A stretch of DNA of 64,000 nt from an uncultured Alphaproteobacteria bacterium (GTDB lineage Bacteria; Pseudomonadota; Alphaproteobacteria; Methylaequorales; Methylaequoraceae), in NCBI GenBank assembly GCA_902522465.1, contig CABYVV010000005.1:26361-90360 (forward strand). Reading direction: 5' to 3'. The first letter of the stretch is position 1. The number at the start of each line of letters is the position of its first letter. Below, one piece after another: positions 1 through 10,052 of this stretch. The notes beneath the pieces were generated by a model. That model worked only from the letters and a program-made list of their open reading frames with translations, made no database searches and was not told the DNA's origin. A program made the translations under genes and the position numbers.

Positions 1-512
1 GAAATTCATACGAATCTGAGGTTGGAACTTTTAAAAATTCATTGAAGACTGATACTAAAAACTTTCGTCAATTTCCAGAATGGGTAAAAAAAAATAAAAA
101 AATATTAGAAAATAAAAATATAGGAATATTTTGCACTGGTGGAATCAGATGTGAAAAAGCAAGTAGTTATATGTTAAAAATGGGTTTAAGAAATATATAT
201 CAACTAAATGGAGGAATAATAGAATATTTAAAAAAAACAAAAAACAAAAATAAATTCTGGAAAGGTGAATGTTTTGTTTTTGATGAAAGAGTAACACTTG
301 ATGAAAACTTAGAAAAAGGAAGTTATACCCAATGTTTTGCATGCAGATCACCTATCACCAAAAAAGAAAGAAAGTCATTGTTATTTAAGCCAGGAGTATC
401 ATGCCCTAAATGTCATGATATAAAAACTACAAATCAGAAAAAAAGATATAAAGAAAGACACAAACAAATTGAAATTGCCAAAAAAAAAAAAATTAGACAT
501 TTAGGTAGTTAA
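1..512 (+). CDS. trhO: tRNA U34 hydroxylase TrhO (YceA family, rhodanese domain), 5'-truncated by the window edge
   Basis: Frame is open from position 3 (NSYESEVGTF...). It contains FCTGGIRCEKAS, YQLNGGIIEY, WKGECFVFDERV and a C-terminal Cys cluster typical of TrhO. Confidence 0.9.
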   Translation, partial: NSYESEVGTFKNSLKTDTKNFRQFPEWVKKNKKILENKNIGIFCTGGIRCEKASSYMLKMGLRNIYQLNGGIIEYLKKTKNKNKFWKGECFVFDERVTLDENLEKGSYTQCFACRSPITKKERKSLLFKPGVSCPKCHDIKTTNQKKRYKERHKQIEIAKKKKIRHLGS

Positions 513-1570
513 TCACTGCCTAGTTTTGGTATTGAATATTTTTTCATTTTTTCGATTAAAGTTGTTCTATTTATTTTTAGACTGCGAGAGGCTTCTGTTA
601 CTGAACCCTTATTTTTCTTTAGAGCACCCTCAATCAAATTTAGTTCAACCTCACTAAGATGACGCCTAAGGTCAATTTTATCCATCATTTCAAACCATTT
701 TTTATAATCATTTGGATGAGGTAGAAAATTCATTTCAGTTTTTTCTGTTTTTATCTCTGTAAGTTCAGATGTCATTTCCCATAAAACATTTTTCTCATCT
801 TGATTATCAGGAAGATTGATTTTCAATAAATTTTCTTTGACATTTTTAGAAGTTATATTTTTTTTAGGGAATATTATAGCTGCCCTTTCAATTACATTTC
901 GTAGTTCTCTCACATTTCCTGGCCAAACATACTCCTGCAGTGCTTTGATGGCTGATGGATCAATTTGAGGTATAGAAGAACCACTTTTTTTTAACTCATC
1001 TAGAATGTGATCCACTAATACTGGAATGTCTTCTCTTCTTTCAGACAATGTCGGAATTTCGATAGGAAACACATTAATTCTGTAAAATAGATCCGCTCTA
1101 AAATGCCCTTCATCAATTTTTTTTTCTATATTCTGATGCGTTGCACAAATTAACCTTAAGTTGAGTTCAATTTCGTTTTTCCCACCAACGCGTTGAATTT
1201 TTCTAGTTTCAATTGCTCTTAGTAATTTAGCCTGAAGAGGAAGCGGCATATCCCCAATCTCATCTAAAAATAAGGTTCCGTTATCGGAAGATTCAAATCT
1301 TCCCTCTCGTCTTGAGTCAGCACCAGTAAATGCACCTTTCTCATGACCAAACAGTTCAGATTCTAATAGTTCTGATGGAATTGCTGCACAATTAACATTA
1401 ACCAAATCACCTTTTCTTTCTGATGAATTATGAATTGCTTTTGCAACAACGTCTTTTCCACAACCTGTTTCACCTCTTAACAAAACTGTTGAGTTAGACT
1501 GTGCAACCATACTCACTAATTTCTTTAATTGAATAGTTGCCTCACATTGGCCTTTTATTATATTTGACAT
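509..1570 (-). CDS. fleQ: Sigma54 enhancer-binding protein, FleQ-like flagellar master regulator (no N-terminal sensor domain)
   Basis: Walker A GETGCGKD, GAFTGA loop, Walker B LFLDEIGD, WPGNVREL and a C-terminal Fis-type HTH (INRTTLIEKMKKY). The AAA+ domain starts at the N-terminus. Divergent from the flagellar operon. Confidence 0.8.
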   Translation of the reverse strand: MSNIIKGQCEATIQLKKLVSMVAQSNSTVLLRGETGCGKDVVAKAIHNSSERKGDLVNVNCAAIPSELLESELFGHEKGAFTGADSRREGRFESSDNGTLFLDEIGDMPLPLQAKLLRAIETRKIQRVGGKNEIELNLRLICATHQNIEKKIDEGHFRADLFYRINVFPIEIPTLSERREDIPVLVDHILDELKKSGSSIPQIDPSAIKALQEYVWPGNVRELRNVIERAAIIFPKKNITSKNVKENLLKINLPDNQDEKNVLWEMTSELTEIKTEKTEMNFLPHPNDYKKWFEMMDKIDLRRHLSEVELNLIEGALKKNKGSVTEASRSLKINRTTLIEKMKKYSIPKLGSD

Positions 1571-1595
1571 TAGCTCACCTAAATGAATTTTATAA

Positions 1596-1611
1596 TGTCA
1601 GAAAAATGACA
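1596..1611. promoter_or_regulatory. Putative FleQ-binding palindrome TGTCA-GAAAAA-TGACA
   Basis: GTCA-N6-TGAC dyad matching the Pseudomonas FleQ-box layout. It lies about 100 bp upstream of a sigma54 promoter and 26 bp upstream of the fleQ start, and recurs at 12091 and 22469. Confidence 0.65.
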
Positions 1612-1652
1612 ATAATCAAATTTTAAAATTAAAAAAAAAAAAAAAATTATTT

Positions 1653-1665
1653 TAAGTCATTGATT
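1653..1665 (-). promoter_or_regulatory. Putative IHF site (AATCAATGACTTA)
   Basis: Exact match to WATCAANNNNTTR, located between the enhancer palindrome and the -24/-12 promoter. Confidence 0.6.
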
Positions 1666-1706
1666 TAGTTGTTAAAAAAATTGCAAAAAAAAAAAAATTA
1701 TTTATT

Positions 1707-1722
1707 TGGCAATATTTTTGCT
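1707..1722 (+). promoter_or_regulatory. Sigma54 promoter of the fleT-fliE..J operon (TGGCAATATTTTTGCT)
   Basis: GG-N10-GC with TGGCA and TTGC, 34 bp before the ATG. Confidence 0.85.
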
Positions 1723-1755
1723 TTCTAGGTTTTAGTAAAAAAAAAGGAATTAAAT

Positions 1756-2913
1756 ATGAAGGAAATATTTATAATTAAAGATTGCTTTGACTCTTATGAA
1801 GAGGTCCATAAGCATTTTTTAACAAAAGGTAATAATGTTAATGTATTAAGTTATGAAGAAGCAATCAATTTAAATTCTTCAAAATCAATAGTTGTAATTC
1901 ATCAAAAATTAGAAGAAAAAAAGGGTGGTAAATCAGAAATATTGAAATTTGCAAGGGATATTGGTTGTATTAAAATTATAACTATAAACTCTAACTATGA
2001 TAATGGATATTCAATTTGTAAAGAGATGGGTGGGGCATACATAAAGTTATCCTTCAAAAACATCGATGAAGTTATAAAAGAAATTATTTTCCAGATAATC
2101 TCAACTGAGAAATATAGTTTTTCAGATAAAAAAACAATCTGTCTTGTAAATATGGTTGAAAAGGTTGCAACAACTGACGTAACTGTTTTCATTCACGGAC
2201 CTACTGGAACCGGAAAAGAAGTAATTTCCAACCTTATACACAAGAAATCAGATAGGGCAGACAAACCATTTATTGCAATTAATTGTGCTGCTATCCCAGA
2301 AAATATGCTAGAAGCAATGTTATTTGGCCATGAAAAAGGGGCATTTACCGGTGCTTCCTCAGCAAATAAAGGGATTTTTAGAGCAGCTGATACAGGAACC
2401 CTATTATTGGATGAAATTTCTGAAATGCCATTGTCGCTTCAAGCTAAACTCCTAAGAGTCTTACAAGAAAAAAAGGTAACTCCTATTGGGGGTCAAAGAG
2501 ACATTGATGTAAATGTAAGGGTAATTGCAACTACAAATAGAGATATGTTGAATGAGGTAAAAGAGAAAAAGTTTCGAGAGGATTTATATTATAGATTAAA
2601 TGTTTTTCCAATTGAAACTCACAATTTATCTGAAAGACCAGATGATATTTTACCCATCAGCATTGCTTTACTGAATAGACATACTGAAGAAAGTTTTTTA
2701 CCTTATATAAGTGACGAGGCACAAAAAATTCTAAGAGAATACAGTTGGCCAGGAAACGTAAGAGAACTTGAAAATGTTCTACAAAGAGCAATAGTTCTAT
2801 GTGAAAACAATATAATAGATGAAAAAGACATAATGATTGATGTCTCAAAACAGAGTAATTTTTATAATAATATTCAAGAAAACTTATCAGAAAAAAAAGC
2901 AATACAAGCTTAA
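1756..2913 (+). CDS. fleT: Sigma54 AAA+ activator lacking a DNA-binding HTH, FleT-like
   Basis: GPTGTGKE, GAFTGA, LLLDEISE and WPGNVRELEN are present, but the protein ends about 40 aa later with no HTH. It is the first gene of the fliE operon, as for Rhodobacter sphaeroides FleT. Confidence 0.7.
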   Translation: MKEIFIIKDCFDSYEEVHKHFLTKGNNVNVLSYEEAINLNSSKSIVVIHQKLEEKKGGKSEILKFARDIGCIKIITINSNYDNGYSICKEMGGAYIKLSFKNIDEVIKEIIFQIISTEKYSFSDKKTICLVNMVEKVATTDVTVFIHGPTGTGKEVISNLIHKKSDRADKPFIAINCAAIPENMLEAMLFGHEKGAFTGASSANKGIFRAADTGTLLLDEISEMPLSLQAKLLRVLQEKKVTPIGGQRDIDVNVRVIATTNRDMLNEVKEKKFREDLYYRLNVFPIETHNLSERPDDILPISIALLNRHTEESFLPYISDEAQKILREYSWPGNVRELENVLQRAIVLCENNIIDEKDIMIDVSKQSNFYNNIQENLSEKKAIQA

Positions 2914-2929
2914 AAATTTAGGAGAAAAA

Positions 2930-3268
2930 ATGAAACCAAGTCTTACAAATCTTAAACCAACAGTTACAATGCCCAGCAATCAAACTGAAATAAAAAATAT
3001 TCAAGAAGAGGTTGCTAACTTATCACCAAAAATAATTGAACCACAGGATGGAGGATTTTTGGAGAATATTAAATCAGCAATTCAAGAGGTTTCCGATACC
3101 CAAAAGCAAAGTGCCGAACTTACAAAAAACTTTGAACTCGGGCTAGAAAACGATTTAACCAAGGTTATGATCCAGCAACAATTGTCAAGTTTAGGGTTCC
3201 AGATGACTTTGAATGTAAGAAATAAAGTACTGAGTGCATATAAAGATATAATGAATATGCCTGTTTAA
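2930..3268 (+). CDS. fliE: Flagellar hook-basal body protein FliE
   Basis: C-terminal VRNKVLSAYKDIMNMPV signature. Start moved to ATG 2930, which follows AGGAG. Confidence 0.93.
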   Translation: MKPSLTNLKPTVTMPSNQTEIKNIQEEVANLSPKIIEPQDGGFLENIKSAIQEVSDTQKQSAELTKNFELGLENDLTKVMIQQQLSSLGFQMTLNVRNKVLSAYKDIMNMPV

Positions 3269-3285
3269 ATTAAAAGGAAAAGATT

Positions 3286-5007
3286 ATGGCTGAAGACATA
3301 CAAACTGCTGAATTAGCAAAGACTCAAATAACCAATCAGGGAATTTTAGCAAATATTGGAAATTCACTTGAAAAAATAAAAAAATTCTCAAATGAACCCG
3401 CTGTTCAAAGATCAATTCCTGTTATGATTACCTTATTTGTAATATTCATAGGTTTAGTTTTTTTTATATCCTTTAGAGAACCATCAAGAACAACTCTATT
3501 TTCTGCACTACCAGAACACGAGAAATCAAGAGTCATGGACGTTTTAAGAGCTAATGGTATTGATGTATCAATCGATAGAACTACAGGTGAGATTTTAGTT
3601 CCATCTCCAGAATATTATGAAGCAAAAATGAAACTTGCAGCTGAAGGACTTCCAAGCTCTGTTCCTCAGGGATATGATGTTTTAGAGAAAATACCAATGG
3701 GAACTAGTAGATCAGTTGAATTTATGAAAATGAAACAAACGCAAGAAATCGAACTTGCGCGATCAATAAATGAAATAGCTAATATTGTTGGAGCTAGAGT
3801 GCATCTTGCAATTCCAGAAAAATCGGTTTTTGTAAGAGATTCTTCTCCACCAACTGCCTCGGTTTTTGTAAAATTAGCTGATGGAAGAGCCCTAGGCTTG
3901 GAACAGATTCGTTCAATAGTACATATTGTTTCTTCATCTATTCCAAACATGACATCAGATAACGTTACTGTGGTAGATCAATATGGTTCACTTCTATCTA
4001 AACCTGAAGATGATCCAAATCTTGCAATGACCGAAAAACAGTTGGCTCACAGAGTAAAAATAGAATCTATTTACAGGGAAAGAATTTTATCATTGGTTTC
4101 TCCTATCGTAGGAGCTGGAAATCTAACAGCTCAGGTTAATGTTGAAATGGACTTTACAAGTAATCAAACAACCGAAGAAATTTTTGATCCAGAAAGCATT
4201 TCAACTAGAAGTGAACAAAATAGTCAAGATGAGTCTACTGATAGACCAGCCAGAGGAGTTCCAGGTGCTGTAGCAAATCAAGCTCCACTTGCTGCGGATT
4301 TACAGGTGGCAGCCCCCGAAACTGGTGAGCCAGCGGAATTTAAACAAAGATCTTCTAGTAATGTGAAAAATTATGAAGTTAGTAAAAAACTTAGTACAAC
4401 AGTTGGACAGATTGGAAAAATTAAAAAAGTAAAAACAGCAGTTTTAGTCAAAAATAAAATCGTTGAAACTCCAGAAGGTACGATTTCGCAACCCATTAGT
4501 GACGAAGACAAAGAGAAAATTACCTCTTTAGTGAAAGAAGCAGTAGGTTTTAACGAAGATAGAGAAGATTCTATCGTAGTAACTAGTGGAGATTTTATTC
4601 AAGAAATGGATGTTATCTCAAAAAAATGGTATGAAGAATCTTGGTTTCAAAATATGATTGGACAACTATCAACTGTTCTTATTCTAGCAATTGTAACATT
4701 CGGAGCTTTAAAACCTCTGTTAAACAGAATTTTAGTACCATCAGCAGGAGTAGCAGGTGCGCCTGGTGGAGCTTCAGAAGCTGATCTAGAAGCTGAAGAA
4801 GCTGAAGATGAAGTCCAAGTTCAAGAAGGTGAATCTTTAGAAGATATTAAAGCTAAACTAAAACCAAAAAAATCAACAATCTCAGCAGATATGCTTGATA
4901 CAGCAAATACTTACGATGACAAGGTTGCTGTAATACGAATGATTGTTGGTGATGAAGCTGGAAAAGTTTCTAACGTATTCAGACAATTAATGAAAAAAGA
5001 TGTATAA
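3286..5007 (+). CDS. fliF: Flagellar MS-ring protein FliF
   Basis: Two TM segments plus ELARSI, ARVHLAIP, ASVFV and VTVVDQYG motifs. Confidence 0.95.
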   Translation: MAEDIQTAELAKTQITNQGILANIGNSLEKIKKFSNEPAVQRSIPVMITLFVIFIGLVFFISFREPSRTTLFSALPEHEKSRVMDVLRANGIDVSIDRTTGEILVPSPEYYEAKMKLAAEGLPSSVPQGYDVLEKIPMGTSRSVEFMKMKQTQEIELARSINEIANIVGARVHLAIPEKSVFVRDSSPPTASVFVKLADGRALGLEQIRSIVHIVSSSIPNMTSDNVTVVDQYGSLLSKPEDDPNLAMTEKQLAHRVKIESIYRERILSLVSPIVGAGNLTAQVNVEMDFTSNQTTEEIFDPESISTRSEQNSQDESTDRPARGVPGAVANQAPLAADLQVAAPETGEPAEFKQRSSSNVKNYEVSKKLSTTVGQIGKIKKVKTAVLVKNKIVETPEGTISQPISDEDKEKITSLVKEAVGFNEDREDSIVVTSGDFIQEMDVISKKWYEESWFQNMIGQLSTVLILAIVTFGALKPLLNRILVPSAGVAGAPGGASEADLEAEEAEDEVQVQEGESLEDIKAKLKPKKSTISADMLDTANTYDDKVAVIRMIVGDEAGKVSNVFRQLMKKDV

Positions 5008-5030
5008 TAATCTTTATAAGGAGTATACAG

Positions 5031-6080
5031 ATGGCTGAAAAAGCTAAGGAAGAAAGTAAGGAAGAAGAAGAAAAGTCACAATACGAGCAGCTAACTAGCA
5101 CTCAAAAATGTGCAATTCTAATGATGTTACTGGGAGAAGAAGAAGCTTCAGAAATTCTTAAAAACCTTGGACCAAAAGAAGTTCAACAGTTGGGTAAAGA
5201 AATGTACAACGTTCAGGGTTTAGATCAAGATACAGTAAACCGGGTTCTTGATGAATTCCTAGCAATAATAAAAACGCAAACTGATCTAGGTATGGGGTCA
5301 ACTAATTATATAAGAAATGTAATGACAAAAGCACTTGGAGAAAATAAGGCACAATCAGTTTTAGGGAGAATAACTCCAACTGAAAGTGATAAGCCAATTG
5401 AAATTTTAGATTGGATGGACGCAAGATCTGTTGCAGAACTAATTTCTGATGAGCACCCGCAGATTATGGCGTTAATAATTTCATACCTTGAAGCTGGTGT
5501 TGCAGCCGACGTTCTTACTCTATTACCCGAGGAAACACAGTCAGACATAATACATAGAATTGCTACATTAGAAACGGTTCAACCCGATGCACTGGCAGAG
5601 TTAGAGAGAGTCATGCAACTAAAGTTCAAAACAAATACATCTTTACGCGCATCATCTGTAGGAGGTGTAAAGGATGCAGCATCTATAATGAACTTTACTA
5701 AACAAAATATGGAACAAAGAATCATGAAAACACTGGGTGAGAAAGATAGAAACCTAGCGAAAGAAATACAAGAAAGTATGTTTACATTTGACACACTGAT
5801 TTTAATGGACGATAGAAGTATGCAAACACTTTTAAGGAATGTTGATCAAGAAATTTTAATCATTGCTCTCAAAGGAACAGAAGACGAATTAAAAGATAAA
5901 ATTTTTTCTTGTATGTCACAAAGAGCCTCTGCAAATATAAGAGACGAGATGGAGGTGCTTGGACCATTAAGATTAACAGAGGTTCAGGAAGCCCAAAAAG
6001 CTATCATTAATGTAGCTAGAACAATGTCTGATGAAGGAACTATTGTTCTTGCTGGAAGAGGTGGAGATGACTTTGTATGA
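5031..6080 (+). CDS. fliG: Flagellar motor switch protein FliG
   Basis: EHPQ and MFTFDTL motifs; C-terminal charged ridge MSQRAS...IRDEME...GPLRLTEV. Confidence 0.96.
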   Translation: MAEKAKEESKEEEEKSQYEQLTSTQKCAILMMLLGEEEASEILKNLGPKEVQQLGKEMYNVQGLDQDTVNRVLDEFLAIIKTQTDLGMGSTNYIRNVMTKALGENKAQSVLGRITPTESDKPIEILDWMDARSVAELISDEHPQIMALIISYLEAGVAADVLTLLPEETQSDIIHRIATLETVQPDALAELERVMQLKFKTNTSLRASSVGGVKDAASIMNFTKQNMEQRIMKTLGEKDRNLAKEIQESMFTFDTLILMDDRSMQTLLRNVDQEILIIALKGTEDELKDKIFSCMSQRASANIRDEMEVLGPLRLTEVQEAQKAIINVARTMSDEGTIVLAGRGGDDFV

Positions 6081-6967
6081 TGCCATTAAAAGAAAATGAG
6101 GAATCTGCTAATAAAGTAGAAAAAGTTTCTGGAGCATTAAGCACAGAAGAAATAGTAAGTTTATTAAGCAAAAGTAATAAAGATTTTATAAAAGAATCTG
6201 AGATTTCGTCCACCATAACAAATCTATTTAAAAAGATTACTCCAAAAATCCTTGCAAAAAAAAAAGAGGATGATGACTTAAAAATTAAAAATGAAACGGA
6301 AAAACAAACCGAAGAACTTCTTGAAGAAGTAAAACCTCAGGATATTGAAAATGACGAAAAAAAAGATCCTGTATTAGAAAAGAAATATACAGAAGCTGAA
6401 GCACAAAAATTAGCTAATGAATATGCCAAACAATATTACAACAATGGATACAAACTAGGGGTTAAGAAAACCACAGAAGAATTACAGAAAGGCGATATGG
6501 CTCTAGCTGTTACATTCAAGAAAACTGCTGATAATATCTTTGCGGTTACACCAGATTTTTCAAAAAAATTAACTCTTTCAATTAATAAGCTTATTTTAAA
6601 AATAACTAATGAAGTTTTAGGTTATGAAATTGATAACAATAACCCAATTTTTCAAAATAAAATAAAAGAACTTGTTAATTCAATTGAAAAATCAGTTAAT
6701 GCTGTGGAGATTTATCTTAATGAGCAAGATTTAAAATCAATTAGTGATTATAACAAACAAAATAATATTTCTTTTTCTTATAAATTACTCCCTGATTCAA
6801 AACTTCAAAGAGGAGATTTAAGAGTTAAATCTGGATCAATTGAAGTTGGAGACATCGTATCCAATAAAATTAATTTTTCTGATTCAAATGACTTAAATTT
6901 GAATTTAAAGTTTGATTCTAATAATGATAAATTAAGTAATCAACCAAAACAAAAACCTAATACTTGA
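6077..6967 (+). CDS. fliH: Flagellar assembly protein FliH
   Basis: Lies between fliG and fliI; YNNGYKLG repeat and C-terminal IYLNEQD...DSKLQRGDLRV. Confidence 0.8.
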   Translation: MMPLKENEESANKVEKVSGALSTEEIVSLLSKSNKDFIKESEISSTITNLFKKITPKILAKKKEDDDLKIKNETEKQTEELLEEVKPQDIENDEKKDPVLEKKYTEAEAQKLANEYAKQYYNNGYKLGVKKTTEELQKGDMALAVTFKKTADNIFAVTPDFSKKLTLSINKLILKITNEVLGYEIDNNNPIFQNKIKELVNSIEKSVNAVEIYLNEQDLKSISDYNKQNNISFSYKLLPDSKLQRGDLRVKSGSIEVGDIVSNKINFSDSNDLNLNLKFDSNNDKLSNQPKQKPNT

Positions 6968-6968
6968 T

Positions 6969-8288
6969 ATGATTCTTGCTGAGAACATATTAAGGAATGC
7001 TGAAAAGCATAGAATAAGTAGAAATAGAATCTACAAAAGTAAAACAACAAAATTTGATGGAAAAGTTGTTGAATGCGATTCTTTTCCCTCGCCTATCGGA
7101 ACAATTTGTCAAATTGAATGTGATGATAAAACTTATGTAACAGGAGAAATTATAGGATTCAAGGAAAATAAAAATATAATCGCAGTTCATGAAATGAATG
7201 CCAATATAATCTTAGGATCTACAATCAAAGTTTTAAACTCATCAAATGATATCGAAGTCGGTCCTCAAATTCTCGGAAGAGTGGTCGATGCGTTTGGAAA
7301 ACCAATTGATGGAGGTGACGACAATATTGGACTAAATGAACTTTGGCCAATAAATGGAAAAAATATAAATCCAATGAACAGAAAACCAATTAATGAAGTT
7401 TTAGACGTTGGTATTAGAGCTATAAACTCATTATTTACAGTTGGAAGAGGCCAAAGGTTAGGAATAATTGCAGGCTCAGGTGTAGGCAAGTCCATATTAT
7501 TGGGTATGATGACAAAATTCACCAATGCTGATGTAGTTGTTGTTGCGTTAATTGGAGAAAGAGGAAGAGAGCTAGGTAATTTTGTATCAGAAATTTTGAA
7601 TGATGAATCAAGAAAAAGGACTGTAACTGTAGCTGTTCCAGCTGATAAATCTCCTTTGTTAAGAATAAAAGGAGCAGAACGAGCAACATCTATTGCCGAA
7701 TATTTCAGATCAAAGGGTAAAAATGTTTTACTAATCATGGATTCCCTTACAAGAATTGCTCATGCGAAAAGAGAAGTTGGTTTAGCATTAGGAGAACAAC
7801 CAACATCAAAGGGCTATCCTCCTTCAGTAATTTCTATGATTCCAAGTCTGATTGAAAGAACAGGAACTGGTTCCAAAGATGAAGGAACAATCACAAGTTT
7901 TTACACAATTCTCGCAGACTCTGATGACACAAATGATCCTGTCGTCGATACAGCTCGAGCAATATTGGATGGCCATATTGTTCTTTCTAGAGAACTGGCA
8001 CAATTAGGAATTTTTCCTGCAATAGATTTAAATCAATCACTAAGTAGAGTAATGAATTCCATAGTTTCTGATGAACACCAGAATAAATCTGAAATTATAA
8101 AGAAATTTTATTCAATATATCAAGAAAATAAAGATCTTGTTCTGATGGGCGGATACAATCAAGGACAAAATGCTGATATAGACAGTGCCTTGATAAATTG
8201 GCCTAAAATTTGCGAGTTAATCAAACAAAATTATAAGGTAAAATCTGATTTTAATAGTAGCTACGAAAGTTTAAATAAAATAAATTAA
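6969..8288 (+). CDS. fliI: Flagellar export ATPase FliI
   Basis: AGSGVGKS, LIGERGRE, MDSLTR, GYPPSV and ILDGHIVLSR motifs. Confidence 0.96.
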   Translation: MILAENILRNAEKHRISRNRIYKSKTTKFDGKVVECDSFPSPIGTICQIECDDKTYVTGEIIGFKENKNIIAVHEMNANIILGSTIKVLNSSNDIEVGPQILGRVVDAFGKPIDGGDDNIGLNELWPINGKNINPMNRKPINEVLDVGIRAINSLFTVGRGQRLGIIAGSGVGKSILLGMMTKFTNADVVVVALIGERGRELGNFVSEILNDESRKRTVTVAVPADKSPLLRIKGAERATSIAEYFRSKGKNVLLIMDSLTRIAHAKREVGLALGEQPTSKGYPPSVISMIPSLIERTGTGSKDEGTITSFYTILADSDDTNDPVVDTARAILDGHIVLSRELAQLGIFPAIDLNQSLSRVMNSIVSDEHQNKSEIIKKFYSIYQENKDLVLMGGYNQGQNADIDSALINWPKICELIKQNYKVKSDFNSSYESLNKIN

Positions 8289-8702
8289 ATGAAAAAAAAT
8301 AAATACGATACTTTCTTAATTCTTAAAAAGCTAAAAAAAAATAAATTACTTAATAATTTGAACACACTGAGTATTGAAAAAGATAAAATTAAATTAGTCA
8401 AAGAAACCTTGCATGAAATGATAGATGCTTCAAATATTGATAATTTTGAAGAAACCTTAGGTTCTACATTAAAAGTAAGAGCTAATTTTAGGCAAAATTT
8501 AATGAACAAACTTGAAATTTCATCTAATAGGCAAAATCATTTGCAGAATGAGATCAACAACAATCTCTCTGCCATTGGAAAGATTGAAAAACAAAAAGAG
8601 AAAATTCTAGAAAAAAAAAAAATAGAAGAAGAAAAAAAGCAAAATCTCATCGAATTAAAAAAAGATAATTATTTTAAACCTAAAAATTTCATTCCTTTTT
8701 AG
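8289..8702 (+). CDS. fliJ: FliJ-like coiled-coil export protein
   Basis: 137-aa helical protein directly after fliI; assigned mostly by position. Confidence 0.6.
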   Translation: MKKNKYDTFLILKKLKKNKLLNNLNTLSIEKDKIKLVKETLHEMIDASNIDNFEETLGSTLKVRANFRQNLMNKLEISSNRQNHLQNEINNNLSAIGKIEKQKEKILEKKKIEEEKKQNLIELKKDNYFKPKNFIPF

Positions 8703-8705
8703 GAG

Positions 8706-8721
8706 TGGCACTATAATTGCA
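8706..8721 (+). promoter_or_regulatory. Sigma54 promoter of fliK-L-M-N (TGGCACTATAATTGCA)
   Basis: Perfect TGGCAC-N5-TTGCA consensus in the fliJ-fliK gap. Confidence 0.9.
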
Positions 8722-8744
8722 GAATTGTTAGTAAAAAGGCAGTT

Positions 8745-10025
8745 ATGGTTGCAATAAATAATAATTTAAACGAAAAATTCAAAATTCTTACTTCAAAAAA
8801 CGCATTTGATCAAAATGATCAATTATTTGCGGAATTATTTGCATTGATGAATTCAAATGTTGTCAGCAGTAAAGAAAAAGAAGTTCTTCAGAATATCATC
8901 ACTGAATCAAATGAAAACTCGTCGGCAAAAAAACTTTTAGATTCAAGTCAAATCAATTCCATCAATAATACTTCAAAGACTTCTGTCAATGAAAATGAGT
9001 TAGCATTAGCCAAATCACTTGCGGAAATTTTTTATAAAGAACTTGGAATCGATGAAAATTCTCAATTGCCTGATAAGATTAAAGAGTTGTCGAATAAGGA
9101 AAATTTTAATATTAGACCAGATTTAAGTAAAAATGATGTTAAAGACCTACATAAATCATTAGATCTGTTTGAAGAAAAAGAGATTGAAGATAGATCACCA
9201 AGAAATTTAACAATCAAAATAGAAAAAAAAGTTTTTGACAATAGTAAAAAACAACATCATCAAATACAAATTGGTTCAAGTCTAGATGTAAAATTTAATA
9301 AAACTATTAATAAAGAACCAAAATTAAATATTTCGAAAAATGAAAAAATTTTAAATATTAGTCAAAATTCTGCTCAAGTAGAGAAAAAAATAAAAAAGAA
9401 AAATAAACAACTTGGTCAAAGTTCAAAAAGTGTATTCGAGGATATTAAAACACAAATAAATGAGGCCAAAGGAGATATAAAAACAGCACGAGTTAATAAT
9501 ATAAAAACACAAACTCCAAGAGATAATAAAATCTCAATTAAAAAGGAATCCTTTGAAAAAAATGACACTAAGACATTGGATAACAAACAAACTTTCGCAA
9601 ACCTTAACAATAAAGAATTTTTAAATTTGCTAGAAAGTAGTTGGGGAGAGAAGTTTTCTAAAATAATCAAGAATTCAGTAAACAATGGTAATAATAAAGT
9701 AGAAATAGAACTCAAACCCCACAATTTAGGAAAACTTAATTTAGAAGTTTCACTAAAAAACAATAAAACTTTCATTAACATCAGCTCGGAAAATCAAGAA
9801 GTTGTAAATATACTGAATGAAAACCTTCCTCGCTTTACTGAAATAATTGACAAAGAAAATAAATCATTTTCAAGTTTTGTTAATACTAATAATCAAAATG
9901 GTAACTTCGGTGAAAACAAAGAAAAGAAAACTGTAATTTCACAGGACAACTTAATAAAAAAGAAAAAGAATATTGAATCAAAGATTAATAAAATTAGTAA
10001 TCATAATATTGATGTGAATGCTTAA
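8745..10025 (+). CDS. fliK: Flagellar hook-length control protein FliK
   Basis: Low-complexity N-terminus and a C-terminal IELKPHNLGKLNLEV FliK motif. Confidence 0.85.
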   Translation: MVAINNNLNEKFKILTSKNAFDQNDQLFAELFALMNSNVVSSKEKEVLQNIITESNENSSAKKLLDSSQINSINNTSKTSVNENELALAKSLAEIFYKELGIDENSQLPDKIKELSNKENFNIRPDLSKNDVKDLHKSLDLFEEKEIEDRSPRNLTIKIEKKVFDNSKKQHHQIQIGSSLDVKFNKTINKEPKLNISKNEKILNISQNSAQVEKKIKKKNKQLGQSSKSVFEDIKTQINEAKGDIKTARVNNIKTQTPRDNKISIKKESFEKNDTKTLDNKQTFANLNNKEFLNLLESSWGEKFSKIIKNSVNNGNNKVEIELKPHNLGKLNLEVSLKNNKTFINISSENQEVVNILNENLPRFTEIIDKENKSFSSFVNTNNQNGNFGENKEKKTVISQDNLIKKKKNIESKINKISNHNIDVNA

Positions 10026-10052
10026 TTGATTTAAAGTATTAAGGAGAAAAAA

